Below are positions 46,979 to 56,054 of a DNA stretch of 64,000 nt, in pieces. The stretch's first letter is position 1; the number at the start of each line of letters is the position of its first letter. This DNA is from Acidobacteria bacterium UBA2161 (lineage in GTDB: Bacteria > Acidobacteriota > Vicinamibacteria > Vicinamibacterales > UBA823), in NCBI GenBank assembly GCA_002328835.1, contig DCWN01000043.1:17740-81739 (forward strand), given 5' to 3'. Below the pieces are notes generated by a model that saw only the letters and a program-made list of their open reading frames with translations, was not told where the DNA came from and ran no database searches. Both the position numbers and the translations under genes were made by a program.

Positions 46979-48730
46979 ATGTCCGAAGCGCACGATCCCG
47001 GGTTCATTCGACGCTACATCTTCAGTACCGATCACAAGATCATCGGCATCCAGTACATCCTGACCGGCCTCGTGATGGGCATGGTCGGCGGGCTGCTGGC
47101 GGTCCTCATCCGGATACAGCTCGGGTGGCCGACCGCCCAGTGGGAACTGCTGGAGAGGCTGATGCCACGTGGCTACCCGAGCGGCTTCATGGCGCCGGAG
47201 TTCTACATCTCGGTCGTGACGATGCACGGCACGATCATGGTCTTCTTCTTCATCTCGTACGTGCTGGTGAGCGGTTTCGGGAACTACCTCGTTCCGTTGC
47301 AGGTGGGTGCGAAGGACATGGCCTACCCGCTCCTGAACATGCTGTCGTACTGGTTCGCCCTGCTGTCGGCGGTCGTGATGATGGCGTCGTTTCTCGTGGA
47401 GGGCGGTGCCGCGGCGGCTGGATGGACGGCGTATCCGCCTTTGAGCGCGATTGCGTCCGCCGTGCCCGGCTCGGGCCTGGGGCAGAGCATCTGGCTGGTG
47501 TCGATGGCGATCTTCATCGCGTCTTTCACGATGAGCGGGCTGAATGTCGTTGCCACGATCTTCACCATGCGCGCGCCCGGCATGACGATGATGCGGCTGC
47601 CGCTGACGATCTGGTCCTATTTCATCGCGGCGATCCTCGGCCTGCTGGCGTTCCCGCCGCTGACCGCGGCCGCGGTCCTGCTACTCTTCGACCGCCATCT
47701 CGGCACGAGCTTCTTCCTGCCCAGCGGCCTCGTCGTGGCGGGCCAGCCGCTGTCGTTCCAGGGGGGCTCTCCGCTGCTCTGGCAGCACCTGTTCTGGTTC
47801 CTCGGTCACCCGGAGGTGTACGTCCTGATTCTGCCCGCGCTCGGGATCGTCGGCGACGTCCTGCCGGCATTCACGCGCAAGCCGGTCTTTGGTTATCGGC
47901 TCAACGTCTACTCCCTCATCGCCGTCGGCGTCCTGAGCATGGTGGTCTGGGGCCACCATATGTTCGTCAGCGGCATGAGTCCGTTTACCGGCGAGTACTT
48001 CACGCTGGCGACGATGGTCATCACGATTCCGATGACCGTGTACGGCGTGAATCTCGTGGCCAGTTTGTTCGGCGGCAGAATGCGCCTGGCCACGCCGATG
48101 CTCTTCAGCTTGGCGGCGGTCGCATTGTTCGGATCGGGCGGGTTCGGTGGGCTGTTCCTCGGCAACGCGACGGCCGACATGCAGCTGCACGACACGTACT
48201 TCGTCGTCGGTCACTTCCACTTCATGATCGGCGGCGTGACGCTGATGGGCACCTTCGCGGCGCTCTACTTCTGGTTCCCGAAGATGTTCGGCCGTTCGAT
48301 GCACGAGGGTTTTGGCAAGCTCCACTTCTGGGGGACGTTCGCGCCGTTCTTCATGGTCTTCTTCGGACAGCATTTTCTCGGCCTGCAGGGGATGCCCCGG
48401 CGCTACTACGCGTTCAACACCTACGAGTATCTGGAAGGGACTGCCGGCCAGAACACGATGCTGAGCGTGCTGGTGATGGTGCTCGTGGCGGCGCAGTTCG
48501 TCTTCATGGTGAATTTCCTATGGAGTCTGTTCAAGGGGCAGCCGGTCGAAGCAAACCCGTGGGCGGCGACCACGCTCGAGTGGACCGTCGCGTCGCCGCC
48601 GCCGCACGGGAACTTCGGTGACACCTTGCCGGCCGTGCACCGCTGGGCGTACGAGTACTCGCCCGACGGCACCGGGGAGGACTTTGCGCCGCAGACGGCG
48701 GGCCCGAACGACGCGCCGATCACGGCCTGA
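46979..48730 (+). CDS. ctaD: Heme-copper (cytochrome c) oxidase subunit I
   Basis: 583 aa. FSTDHKIIGIQY, FWFLGHPEVYVLILPALG, VWGHHMF, VVGHFHF blocks. Confidence 0.95.
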   Translation: MSEAHDPGFIRRYIFSTDHKIIGIQYILTGLVMGMVGGLLAVLIRIQLGWPTAQWELLERLMPRGYPSGFMAPEFYISVVTMHGTIMVFFFISYVLVSGFGNYLVPLQVGAKDMAYPLLNMLSYWFALLSAVVMMASFLVEGGAAAAGWTAYPPLSAIASAVPGSGLGQSIWLVSMAIFIASFTMSGLNVVATIFTMRAPGMTMMRLPLTIWSYFIAAILGLLAFPPLTAAAVLLLFDRHLGTSFFLPSGLVVAGQPLSFQGGSPLLWQHLFWFLGHPEVYVLILPALGIVGDVLPAFTRKPVFGYRLNVYSLIAVGVLSMVVWGHHMFVSGMSPFTGEYFTLATMVITIPMTVYGVNLVASLFGGRMRLATPMLFSLAAVALFGSGGFGGLFLGNATADMQLHDTYFVVGHFHFMIGGVTLMGTFAALYFWFPKMFGRSMHEGFGKLHFWGTFAPFFMVFFGQHFLGLQGMPRRYYAFNTYEYLEGTAGQNTMLSVLVMVLVAAQFVFMVNFLWSLFKGQPVEANPWAATTLEWTVASPPPHGNFGDTLPAVHRWAYEYSPDGTGEDFAPQTAGPNDAPITA

Positions 48731-48747
48731 CCCGGCGGCGGCGGAGC

Positions 48748-49338
48748 ATGATGACGATGACGACGACGGCCACCGGCACGATCGCCCCGTGGGCCTCGAC
48801 GGCGCCGGACCCCACGGCGGCGCAGCGAGCCATGCGCCTCCACTTCGGTCTCTGGATGTTCCTGGCGACCGTGACGATGCTGCTCGCCGCCCTTTCGAGC
48901 GCTTACCTCGTCAGGCGCAGCGGGACCGACTGGCGGCCGGTCGCGCTGCCGTCGCTCGTATGGTGGAACACGCTGGTCCTCGCCGCGAGCAGCGCGGTAC
49001 TGGAGTTGGGGCGGCGGCGGCGAGCGGGGCTCGGCTTGGCCACGGGCCTTGCGGGCGCGTCGCTCCTGGCTGGTGTCTTCATCGTGGGGCAGGTCGGGCT
49101 CTGGCGCGCGCTCGCAGCCCAGGGCATCTACCTACTGACGAACCCGCACAGCTCGTTCATCTACTTGCTGACCGGTGTGCACGCGGTGCACCTGCTGGCG
49201 GCGCTGGTGGTGATGTTGGTGACGCTGGCGACCCTCGGCCGGCGGGATGCCGATACCCGGGCCGCCCTCTGCGCCACGTTCTGGCATTTCCTCACCGGAG
49301 CGTGGGTCTACCTGTTGGCACTGGTGACGTGGGTCTGA
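48748..49338 (+). CDS. Cytochrome oxidase subunit III-family protein (first of two)
   Basis: 196 aa. HFGLWMFLATVTMLLAALSSAY .. TGVHAVHLL .. FWHFLTGAWVYLL. Confidence 0.8.
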   Translation: MMTMTTTATGTIAPWASTAPDPTAAQRAMRLHFGLWMFLATVTMLLAALSSAYLVRRSGTDWRPVALPSLVWWNTLVLAASSAVLELGRRRRAGLGLATGLAGASLLAGVFIVGQVGLWRALAAQGIYLLTNPHSSFIYLLTGVHAVHLLAALVVMLVTLATLGRRDADTRAALCATFWHFLTGAWVYLLALVTWV

Positions 49339-49369
49339 GCGGATGCGCTCGTGAGAGAGGAGAGAGCCG

Positions 49370-49978
49370 GTGACGACAGTGGCTGACGGAGCGGTGGATC
49401 GATGGGCCGGCGGCGTCTGCCCGTTTGAGATGGGCTGGCGTAAGCTGATGATGTGGATCTTCATCATCACCGATGGCCTGCTCTTCGCCGGCCTGCTTGC
49501 CGCGTCCGGCTACGGCCGGACCATGGCCTCGGTCTGGCCCGAGCAGTCGGGCGTGTTCAGCATCCCCTTCATCGCTGCGATGACCTTCGTCCTCATCTCG
49601 AGCAGTGCCACGATGGCGAGTGCCGTGGCGGCGGCCCACGCGGGCAAGACCGCCGATGTCACCAGGTTCGTTGGGCTCACTATTGTTGGCGGGCTCGTCT
49701 TTCTCGGCATGCAGGCCTACGAGTGGACCCACATCATCGGCGAGGGCGCGACGCTCACGTCCAACCCGTGGGGCGACCCCTTGTTCGGCGCCTACTTCTT
49801 CATGATCACCGGCTTCCACGGCTCCCACGTGCTCACGGGGCTGATCGTGCTCGTGTCGCTCCTGGTCCGCTGGACGAAGGGCCTGTCGACGAGCGAGGGC
49901 GTTGAGTTGGCTGGCCTGTACTGGCACTTCGTCGACCTGGTGTGGGTGTTCGTCTTCACCTGCTTCTATCTGATCTAG
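49370..49978 (+). CDS. Cytochrome oxidase subunit III-family protein (second of two)
   Basis: GTG start after GAGAGGAGAGAG. KLMMWIFIITDGLLFAGLL .. ITGFHGSHVLTGL .. LYWHFVDLVWVFVF. Confidence 0.85.
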   Translation: MTTVADGAVDRWAGGVCPFEMGWRKLMMWIFIITDGLLFAGLLAASGYGRTMASVWPEQSGVFSIPFIAAMTFVLISSSATMASAVAAAHAGKTADVTRFVGLTIVGGLVFLGMQAYEWTHIIGEGATLTSNPWGDPLFGAYFFMITGFHGSHVLTGLIVLVSLLVRWTKGLSTSEGVELAGLYWHFVDLVWVFVFTCFYLI

Positions 49979-49992
49979 CCCTGGAGGATGGG

Positions 49993-50298
49993 ATGACGGC
50001 GTCGAGTGCACAGCCTGGCTACAAGCTCTACTGGACCGTCTGGGCGGTCCTGCTCACTCTGACACTGGTGATGCTGCTGGTCGATCAGGCGCCGTTGCCG
50101 CGGCTGCTGTTCGTCGTGGTCATGGTGATCGCCATGCTCGTCAAGGCGTCGCTCATCGGGATCTACTACATGCACCTGAGGTTCGAGCATATGGCGATCG
50201 CCTTGATGGTCGTTGTCGGGCTGCTGGTGAACGCCGCGGTTCTCTACGCTCTCATCGTGCCGGACGCCCTGCAGATTCAGCAGATGTCGATGCCGTGA
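49993..50298 (+). CDS. Prokaryotic cytochrome oxidase subunit IV-family small membrane protein
   Basis: ATG 49993 after GGAGGA. KLYWTVWAVLLTLTLVMLLV .. KASLIGIYYMHLRFE are typical of COX4_pro-type proteins. Confidence 0.75.
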   Translation: MTASSAQPGYKLYWTVWAVLLTLTLVMLLVDQAPLPRLLFVVVMVIAMLVKASLIGIYYMHLRFEHMAIALMVVVGLLVNAAVLYALIVPDALQIQQMSMP

Positions 50299-50597
50299 GC
50301 GATGTGTTCAAGAGGAGAACGAGACCGATGGTGATGAGGTCGTTCGGGTGGCGGACGGCGCTCGGTGTGGTCCTGGTCGTGGCGTGGCTCGTCGTGGCCG
50401 CGGCGCCCGCCGACGCCCAGTGCGTCATGTGCCGCACCGCACTCGACACGCCCGAGGGCCGGATGATGATCGCGGCGCTCCGCGACGGGATCCTGCTGCT
50501 GCTGGCCGCACCGTTCGCCGCGTTCGGCTGCGTCGCCTACTTTGCCGTCCGGAGCCAGCGTCAGCTGGCGTCTCAGCAGGAAGAGCCCGAGGCGTAG
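50295..50597 (+). CDS. Small exported/membrane protein with CxxC motif and C-terminal TM anchor
   Basis: GTGA overlap with the subunit IV stop. Signal-like TALGVVLVVAWLVVAAAPADAQ, then CVMCRTALDTPEG, then TM ILLLLAAPFAAFGCVAYFAV. The start could be an internal ATG. Confidence 0.55.
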   Translation: MSDVFKRRTRPMVMRSFGWRTALGVVLVVAWLVVAAAPADAQCVMCRTALDTPEGRMMIAALRDGILLLLAAPFAAFGCVAYFAVRSQRQLASQQEEPEA

Positions 50598-50602
50598 TAG
50601 CC

Positions 50603-51052
50603 CTACTTCCGTCTGCGGCGCGGCGCCTCAGGCGGTTCGGCTTCTGTGGCGATCATCACCTCGGTCGACTTGATGATCGCCATCGCGGGATTCCCGCGAC
50701 GCAGCTTGAGAGCCGAGACCGCATCGCGGGTGATGACTGCGGTGAGCGTCTGATCGCCGATGCGCAGTCGCACCTGGGCCAGCAGCCCTTCCATCCGGAC
50801 CTCATCGATAATTCCGCGCAGCTGATTGCGCCCGCTGATCGCGACGATCGCGCCACCGTCGGGAACCGAACGCGCCCGCGCTGACGGCAGCCGGCCCTGC
50901 CGCGCCAACAGTCGCTCGACTTCGGTTTCAGCGATCCGATGGTGGCCCCCCTCGGTGCGCGTCGTCCTGACGCTGCCCTTGAAGATCCACTGCTTCAGCG
51001 TGGAGTAGCTGACGCCGAGCCGAGCGGCCGCCTGCCGAACCGTCAAGATCAT
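50603..51052 (-). CDS. Molybdate-responsive-type regulator: excisionase/MerR-like HTH fused to a TOBE (Mop) domain
   Basis: N-terminal LTVRQAAARLGVSYSTLKQWIFKG. C-terminal ISGRNQLRGIIDEVRMEGLLAQVRLRIGDQTLTAVITRDAVSALKLRRGNPAMAIIKSTEVMIA (TOBE pattern). Divergent from modABC. Confidence 0.8.
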   Translation of the reverse strand: MILTVRQAAARLGVSYSTLKQWIFKGSVRTTRTEGGHHRIAETEVERLLARQGRLPSARARSVPDGGAIVAISGRNQLRGIIDEVRMEGLLAQVRLRIGDQTLTAVITRDAVSALKLRRGNPAMAIIKSTEVMIATEAEPPEAPRRRRK

Positions 51053-51114
51053 GACAAATAGGACTGAAACGTTTGTTGAATCGTACTAGGTCATACTAAA
51101 ATGCCTATTCCCAT
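51053..51114. promoter_or_regulatory. AT-rich divergent control region between the HTH-TOBE regulator and modA, with inverted repeat AATAGG..CCTATT
   Basis: 62 bp, clearly lower in GC than its surroundings. AATAGG at 51057-51062 and CCTATT at 51104-51109. I could not define -10/-35 elements or a Mo-box confidently. Confidence 0.4.
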
Positions 51115-51942
51115 ATGGCAACCAGATTCGACTCCTGGCGGTCGGGCCTCGCCATCCTCCTCCTCGCGCTCGGCGTGGCCACGGCCAGGGCCGCGGCGGG
51201 CGGCGGTGCCGTGCAGACCCGGCCGCCGCAGGCCGTGCTGGTCTCGGCGGCGGCCAGCTTGACCCACGTGCTCGGTGAGATCGGGCGTGCGTACACCCGA
51301 GTCGCGCCCGACGTCCGAATCGAGCTGAACGTCGCCGGCTCGAATACGCTGGCGCGCCAGATCGTGGCCGGCGCCCCGGTGGATCTGTTCGTCAGCGCGA
51401 ACCCGGCGGAGATGGACCGCGTGGAGCGATCGGGGCGGATCCGACGCGGGACCAGGGCGGACCTGCTGTCGAATCAGCTGGTGGTTGTCGTTCCCGACGA
51501 TCGGGTCCCGCCCTCGACTCTCGCGGACCTCGCATCAGCCAGGATCCGTCGGATCGCGCTGGGCAATCCCGAGGGCGTGCCCGCCGGTGTCTATGCGCGG
51601 CACTACCTCGAATCGCGCGCTGCCTGGGCGACGCTGTCATCGAAGGTCGTGCCGACCCGGTCGGTCCGCGCGGCGCTCGAGGCGGTCGAGGCGGGGAACG
51701 CCGACGCGGCCTTCGTGTACCGCACCGACGCCGCGACCGCGCCGGACGCCGTCATCGCCTTCGCGGTGCCGGTCGACGATGCCCCGCGGATTGTCTATCC
51801 CACGGCCGTCATCGGAGATGGCCCGAACCCGGCCGGCGCGCTCGAGTTTCTCGCGTTTCTGCGCGGACCGGTCGCGACGCGGCTCTTCGAGCGCGCCGGA
51901 TTCATCGCGCTGGGCGGGACGGAGGCGGGGGCGCTTCGATGA
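51115..51942 (+). CDS. modA: Molybdate ABC transporter substrate-binding protein
   Basis: Signal peptide. LVSAAASLTHVL, NVAGSNTLARQIVAGAPVDLFVSAN, ALGNPEGVPAGVYA blocks. Confidence 0.9.
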   Translation: MATRFDSWRSGLAILLLALGVATARAAAGGGAVQTRPPQAVLVSAAASLTHVLGEIGRAYTRVAPDVRIELNVAGSNTLARQIVAGAPVDLFVSANPAEMDRVERSGRIRRGTRADLLSNQLVVVVPDDRVPPSTLADLASARIRRIALGNPEGVPAGVYARHYLESRAAWATLSSKVVPTRSVRAALEAVEAGNADAAFVYRTDAATAPDAVIAFAVPVDDAPRIVYPTAVIGDGPNPAGALEFLAFLRGPVATRLFERAGFIALGGTEAGALR

Positions 51943-52595
51943 CGACCGACGTCTGGGAGGTCGCCTCGTTCACGCTGACCATGGCGGGGGCGGCGACGCT
52001 GCTCATGCTGCCGCCGGGGATCGCGCTGGCATGGCTGTTCGCCCGATACCGGTTTCCCGGCCGCACGGCACTCGACACGGTCGTGTCGCTGCCGCTGGTG
52101 ATTCCTCCGGTGGCGACCGGCGTGATCCTGCTCCGGCTGCTCGGACGCCGCGGCATCTTCGGCGGCATGCTCGAAACAGCCGGTATCGAGGTGATCTTCA
52201 CGTGGAAAGCGGTCGTCCTGGCGATGACGGTCATGGGGATGCCGCTCCTCGTGCGGGCGGCGCGCGCCGCGTTCGAGCAGGTCGATCGGCGCTACGAGCA
52301 GATCGCGGCGACGCTGGGTGCGAGTCCGCTCCGGGTCTTCTTCACCATCAGCCTGCCGCTCGCGGGCCGCGGCGTGATGGCCGGCTCGCTGCTGGCGTTC
52401 TCGCGCGCCCTGGGCGAATTCGGCGCGACGGTCGTCGTCGCCGGGAGCATCCCGGGCTCGACCCGGACGATCGCCGCTGGAATCTACACCTACACCGAGA
52501 TTGGCAACGACGCCGCCGCGACGGGCCTGCTGCTCGTCTCGGTCGCCATTGCGTTTGGCGCGCTCTGGTGCTCGAATCGCCTGGCGCAGTCCTGA
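51939..52595 (+). CDS. modB: Molybdate ABC transporter permease
   Basis: ATGA overlap with modA. FPGRTALDTVVSLPLVIPPVATG .. SRALGEFGATVVVAGSIPG (EAA-loop region). Confidence 0.9.
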   Translation: MTTDVWEVASFTLTMAGAATLLMLPPGIALAWLFARYRFPGRTALDTVVSLPLVIPPVATGVILLRLLGRRGIFGGMLETAGIEVIFTWKAVVLAMTVMGMPLLVRAARAAFEQVDRRYEQIAATLGASPLRVFFTISLPLAGRGVMAGSLLAFSRALGEFGATVVVAGSIPGSTRTIAAGIYTYTEIGNDAAATGLLLVSVAIAFGALWCSNRLAQS

Positions 52596-53260
52596 TGGCG
52601 TTTGCTGTGACGCTCGACTTCACGCTCCAGCAGGGCCCGTTTCGTGTGCAGTTGGACGAGACGGTGCGCGCTCGCGCGATTGCGCTGTTCGGCCGATCTG
52701 GCGCGGGCAAGACGACCGTGCTCGATGCCGTCGCCGGACTTCGCCGGCCGACCGACGGGCGGATCGTGGTTGGCGAGACCACGCTGTTCGCGTCTCGAGA
52801 CGGCCTCGATCTCCCAGCTCGACATCGGCGAATGGGCTACGTCCCGCAGGATGCGGCGTTGTTTCCCCACATGAACCTCCGCCGTAACGTCACCTACGGC
52901 GCAGGGCATGGGCGCGGCGACACGCTGGCGAAGATTCTCGCCGTGCTCGATCTCGAGGCGCTCATCGAGCGGCGCGTGGACCAGCTGTCGGGCGGGGAGA
53001 AGAAGCGGGCGGCGATTGCCCGAGCGCTCATGGCCGACCCGCGCATGCTGCTACTCGACGAGCCGCTGAGCGGGCTCGACGCGGCGCTGCGGCAACGCGT
53101 GTTGCCGTACCTCATCCGCGTCCGCGACGAGCTGGAGACCCCGATGCTCTACGTGTCGCACCAGGCCGAGGAGGTCCGGGCGATTGCCGACTGGGTGATC
53201 AAGCTCGACGGCGGCCGGGTCGTCTCCTCCGGGCCGCCCGACGAAGTCGAGTTGGCTTGA
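52595..53260 (+). CDS. modC: Molybdate ABC transporter ATP-binding protein, short form without C-terminal TOBE domain
   Basis: ATG 52595 overlaps the modB TGA by 1 nt. Walker A GRSGAGKTT, signature LSGGEKKR, Walker B LLLDEP. Only 221 aa. Confidence 0.88.
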   Translation: MAFAVTLDFTLQQGPFRVQLDETVRARAIALFGRSGAGKTTVLDAVAGLRRPTDGRIVVGETTLFASRDGLDLPARHRRMGYVPQDAALFPHMNLRRNVTYGAGHGRGDTLAKILAVLDLEALIERRVDQLSGGEKKRAAIARALMADPRMLLLDEPLSGLDAALRQRVLPYLIRVRDELETPMLYVSHQAEEVRAIADWVIKLDGGRVVSSGPPDEVELA

Positions 53261-53266
53261 TCAGAT

Positions 53267-53281
53267 CGGGGCTGCGCCCCG
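53267..53281. repeat. GC hairpin just after the modC stop (REP-like/terminator-like)
   Basis: CGGGGC-TGC-GCCCCG. The following ..CGCAACGCCCAGTCGCGCGGCC.. resembles the arms of the 185-nt repeat and the spacer at 38395-38520. Confidence 0.5.
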
Positions 53282-53341
53282 AACCCCCGCGCCGGCACGC
53301 TCGGGCGCAACGCCCAGTCGCGCGGCCTTCACTCCGGACTC

Positions 53342-55375
53342 CTACGGCTGTGTAGTTTCGGTTTCGCCCCAGATGTAGCGGCCGAACCACTCCAGGTTCT
53401 GCTCCATCGCAGCGCGGGTCGCTTTGGGCTTGTTCAAGCCATGGCCGAAGCCCTTGAAGACCACGAGCCGCACCGGCACGTTCTGATCCCGCAAACCTTG
53501 ATACAGCTCGTAGGCGTTCGGCAGCGGCACGCGGCGGTCCAGTTCGCCGTGCTGAATCAGCGTCGGGGTGTTGGCCTGCGTGATGTAGGTGATCGGCGAC
53601 GTGGTGGCGTAGATCTCTGGATCGTCCCAGGGCGTGGCCTGCAGGTACTGCCGCGTGAACGGGTGGATGTCGGTATTGACGTAGTAGGTCATCCAGTCGG
53701 AGATCCCGGCGCCCACCGACACTGCTCGGAAGCGGTCGCTGTCGTGTGTGGTCAGGAAGGCCGAGATGTACCCGCCCTGGCTCCAGCCCATTGCCCCGAC
53801 GCGGTTGCCGTCGACAAGTCCCTCGGCGATCAGGTGGTCGACGCCGGATACGACATCCCAGGCGTCGCCCACGCCCAGGTTGCGCACGTTCAACGCGCGG
53901 AACGCTGCGCCGTAGCCGGCGCTGCCGCGGTAGTTGGGTTCGAGGACGAGCGCACCCTTGGCGACGAAATGGTCGAGTGGATAGGTGCGGTACGCGAGCG
54001 GTTGCGGCCGCGAGATGCCCGTGGGTCCGCCATGAATGACGACGAGCAGCGGATAACGACGGCCGCGCTCGAAATCGGCCGGCTTGTGAAGGACCCCTTC
54101 GATGCTCGTGCCGTCCCGGCTCGCCCAGGAGATCACCTCGCGCGTGGCGAGCGTCCAGTCGCGCGCCTGATCCCACATCCGCGTCAGCCTGGTGGCCTGG
54201 AGATGTTCGCCATCAGCCCCTTCGGTCGGCTGGCCCGGCAGATCGGCCACGAACAGCTCCTGGCCCGTCGTGGCATCGGCGCCGGCGAATGCCACCGCGT
54301 CGAACGTCCGCGTGAACGTGAAGCCGGCCGAGGTCGACTCTGGCGCGCGCGAGAGCCGGATCACGCTGTGCGAGATCGGATCCAGCCTGTAGAGATGCGA
54401 CCAGGTGCGATCGGACGCCGAGAAGTAGATGCCGTGCGGGCCCCAGGCGATGGGCGAGGCGTGTTCGTCGAATGCCCCGGTCAGGACGTCGAGGCTCCCG
54501 CCCTCGGCGGGTACCGTCGCGATCTCCCGGTTGGTGTAGTAGAACCATTCGCTGCCCATCGATGTCGTGAACGCGATACGCAGGCCGTCGGGCGACCACA
54601 CCGGACGCGAGTCGGGGCCGGCTTGTTCGACCAACGCGCGCACTGCGCCGTCGCTCACCCGGGCGACCGAGATGTCTGCGGATTCGCTGGAGGACGGATC
54701 GCTGTCGGTCCGGTGGTCGAACGCGACGCTCGCGTCGTCGGGTGACCAGGCGATGCTGCCGACGACGAAGGGGCCTTCGGTCAACCGGCGCGGTTCGCCC
54801 TCATCGCCCTCGTCGGCATCGACGACGTACAGATGCGCCATCCTGAGACCCTCGTCGACGATTTCGAACTCGCCGGCGCGTTCGTCGCGGGCCTTCCGAG
54901 CGTCGCTGACCGGGTCGGTTGCGACAAAGGCCAGCCGGGCGCCGTCGTGCGCCCAGGCGAAGCGGCTCACGCCCCCGTCGACTGACGTGACCTGGCGCGC
55001 TTCACCGCCGTCGGGTCGGATCGCATAGATCTGGCGCGTGCCACCCCGGTCGGAGAGAAAGGCGATCCGGCTTCCGTCGGGTGCCCAGGCCGCCGAGTTG
55101 CTCGAGCCTTCGGCGTTGGTCAGGTGCCGCGGTGCCCCGGACGCGACATCGACGATCCACAGCTCGGTCTCCCAGGCGTTCTTGTCCCAGTTGGCTTCAC
55201 GCACCTGATAGACGACCGCCCGGCCATCGGGCGAAATCGCGGGGCTCTGCGCTGCCTTCATCGACAGGATGTCGTCGAAGGTCGGGAGGCCGGATTGCGC
55301 GCGTACGAGCGCCGGCGCCCCAACGGTCAAGGACAGCACCATCGGGGCCGTGATGCCGAGGCGGCAGAGTCGCAT
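53342..55375 (-). CDS. S9-family serine peptidase (prolyl oligopeptidase/acylaminoacyl-peptidase type) with N-terminal beta-propeller
   Basis: 677 aa. Signal peptide. TolB-like repeats (SPDGR..V, APDGSRIAF, SPDGLRIAF). Catalytic GWSQGGY .. HGELDRRVP .. GFGHG. Confidence 0.9.
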   Translation of the reverse strand: MRLCRLGITAPMVLSLTVGAPALVRAQSGLPTFDDILSMKAAQSPAISPDGRAVVYQVREANWDKNAWETELWIVDVASGAPRHLTNAEGSSNSAAWAPDGSRIAFLSDRGGTRQIYAIRPDGGEARQVTSVDGGVSRFAWAHDGARLAFVATDPVSDARKARDERAGEFEIVDEGLRMAHLYVVDADEGDEGEPRRLTEGPFVVGSIAWSPDDASVAFDHRTDSDPSSSESADISVARVSDGAVRALVEQAGPDSRPVWSPDGLRIAFTTSMGSEWFYYTNREIATVPAEGGSLDVLTGAFDEHASPIAWGPHGIYFSASDRTWSHLYRLDPISHSVIRLSRAPESTSAGFTFTRTFDAVAFAGADATTGQELFVADLPGQPTEGADGEHLQATRLTRMWDQARDWTLATREVISWASRDGTSIEGVLHKPADFERGRRYPLLVVIHGGPTGISRPQPLAYRTYPLDHFVAKGALVLEPNYRGSAGYGAAFRALNVRNLGVGDAWDVVSGVDHLIAEGLVDGNRVGAMGWSQGGYISAFLTTHDSDRFRAVSVGAGISDWMTYYVNTDIHPFTRQYLQATPWDDPEIYATTSPITYITQANTPTLIQHGELDRRVPLPNAYELYQGLRDQNVPVRLVVFKGFGHGLNKPKATRAAMEQNLEWFGRYIWGETETTQP

Positions 55376-55435
55376 CTTGAACTCCTTGGTAGAGGACAGG
55401 CCAAGGAGCGTAGCACAGGGCCGAACGACGCCTGC

Positions 55436-55969
55436 CTAGAATCGGAAGACGACGCCGACCGACGTCCGCCAGAAACTGAAGTCCCCGAGGTCGAAGTCGA
55501 GGATGCCTTCGCCGCCGTCGCTCAGACTGCGGAGGTAGCGGACGTCGCCGCGGATGCCGAAGGTCTCCCCGAAGAATCCGTAGAGCCCGCCGCCCAGATT
55601 GATGCCCAGGTCGTTGCGGCTGAACTCGATCAGATCGGACGGCCCGGCGATCCGGCTTCGCATGAGACCCATGCCGCCGACCACGTAGGGCCGCACGGGC
55701 CCGGCGGGCGCGCCGATGATCACGCTGCCCATCAGCGTCAGCAAGTTGTTGTCGCTCTCGGGCTCTTCGTCGACGAAGAAATCCGGGGTGTAGCCAAGGT
55801 CGAACTCGAAGCCGACCAATTCACGGCCCATGCCGGCGAGCGAGAAGCCCCACGTCGTCTGGCTCATCGCGCTGCCGATGTACGGCGAGAAGAGCCCGTC
55901 GGCCGAGGCGCTCACCGGGACCAGCAGGCTGAGGACGAGCACGAGCGGCGCGAGGCGATGAAGAGGCAT
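55436..55969 (-). CDS. Small outer-membrane beta-barrel protein
   Basis: ATG comp. 55967-55969 after AGGAG. Signal peptide. Alternating beta-strand pattern. C-terminal ..SVGVVFRF (terminal Phe). Confidence 0.75.
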   Translation of the reverse strand: MPLHRLAPLVLVLSLLVPVSASADGLFSPYIGSAMSQTTWGFSLAGMGRELVGFEFDLGYTPDFFVDEEPESDNNLLTLMGSVIIGAPAGPVRPYVVGGMGLMRSRIAGPSDLIEFSRNDLGINLGGGLYGFFGETFGIRGDVRYLRSLSDGGEGILDFDLGDFSFWRTSVGVVFRF

Positions 55970-56054
55970 GGGTTCTCCTGCGTGTGAGCGACCACGGCTA
56001 CTCGAGCTTATCGGGTGGATTTGCTCCCTGCGACAGGGCGCCGCGCCTCGGCCC

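Noticed and set aside
55981-56000. GCGTGTGAGCGACCACGG resembles the conserved central block (GCGTGTGAGCCACGGGTCGAC) of the 185-nt repeat.
   Set aside because: Only ~15 nt are similar, with an indel, and none of the flanking arms is present.
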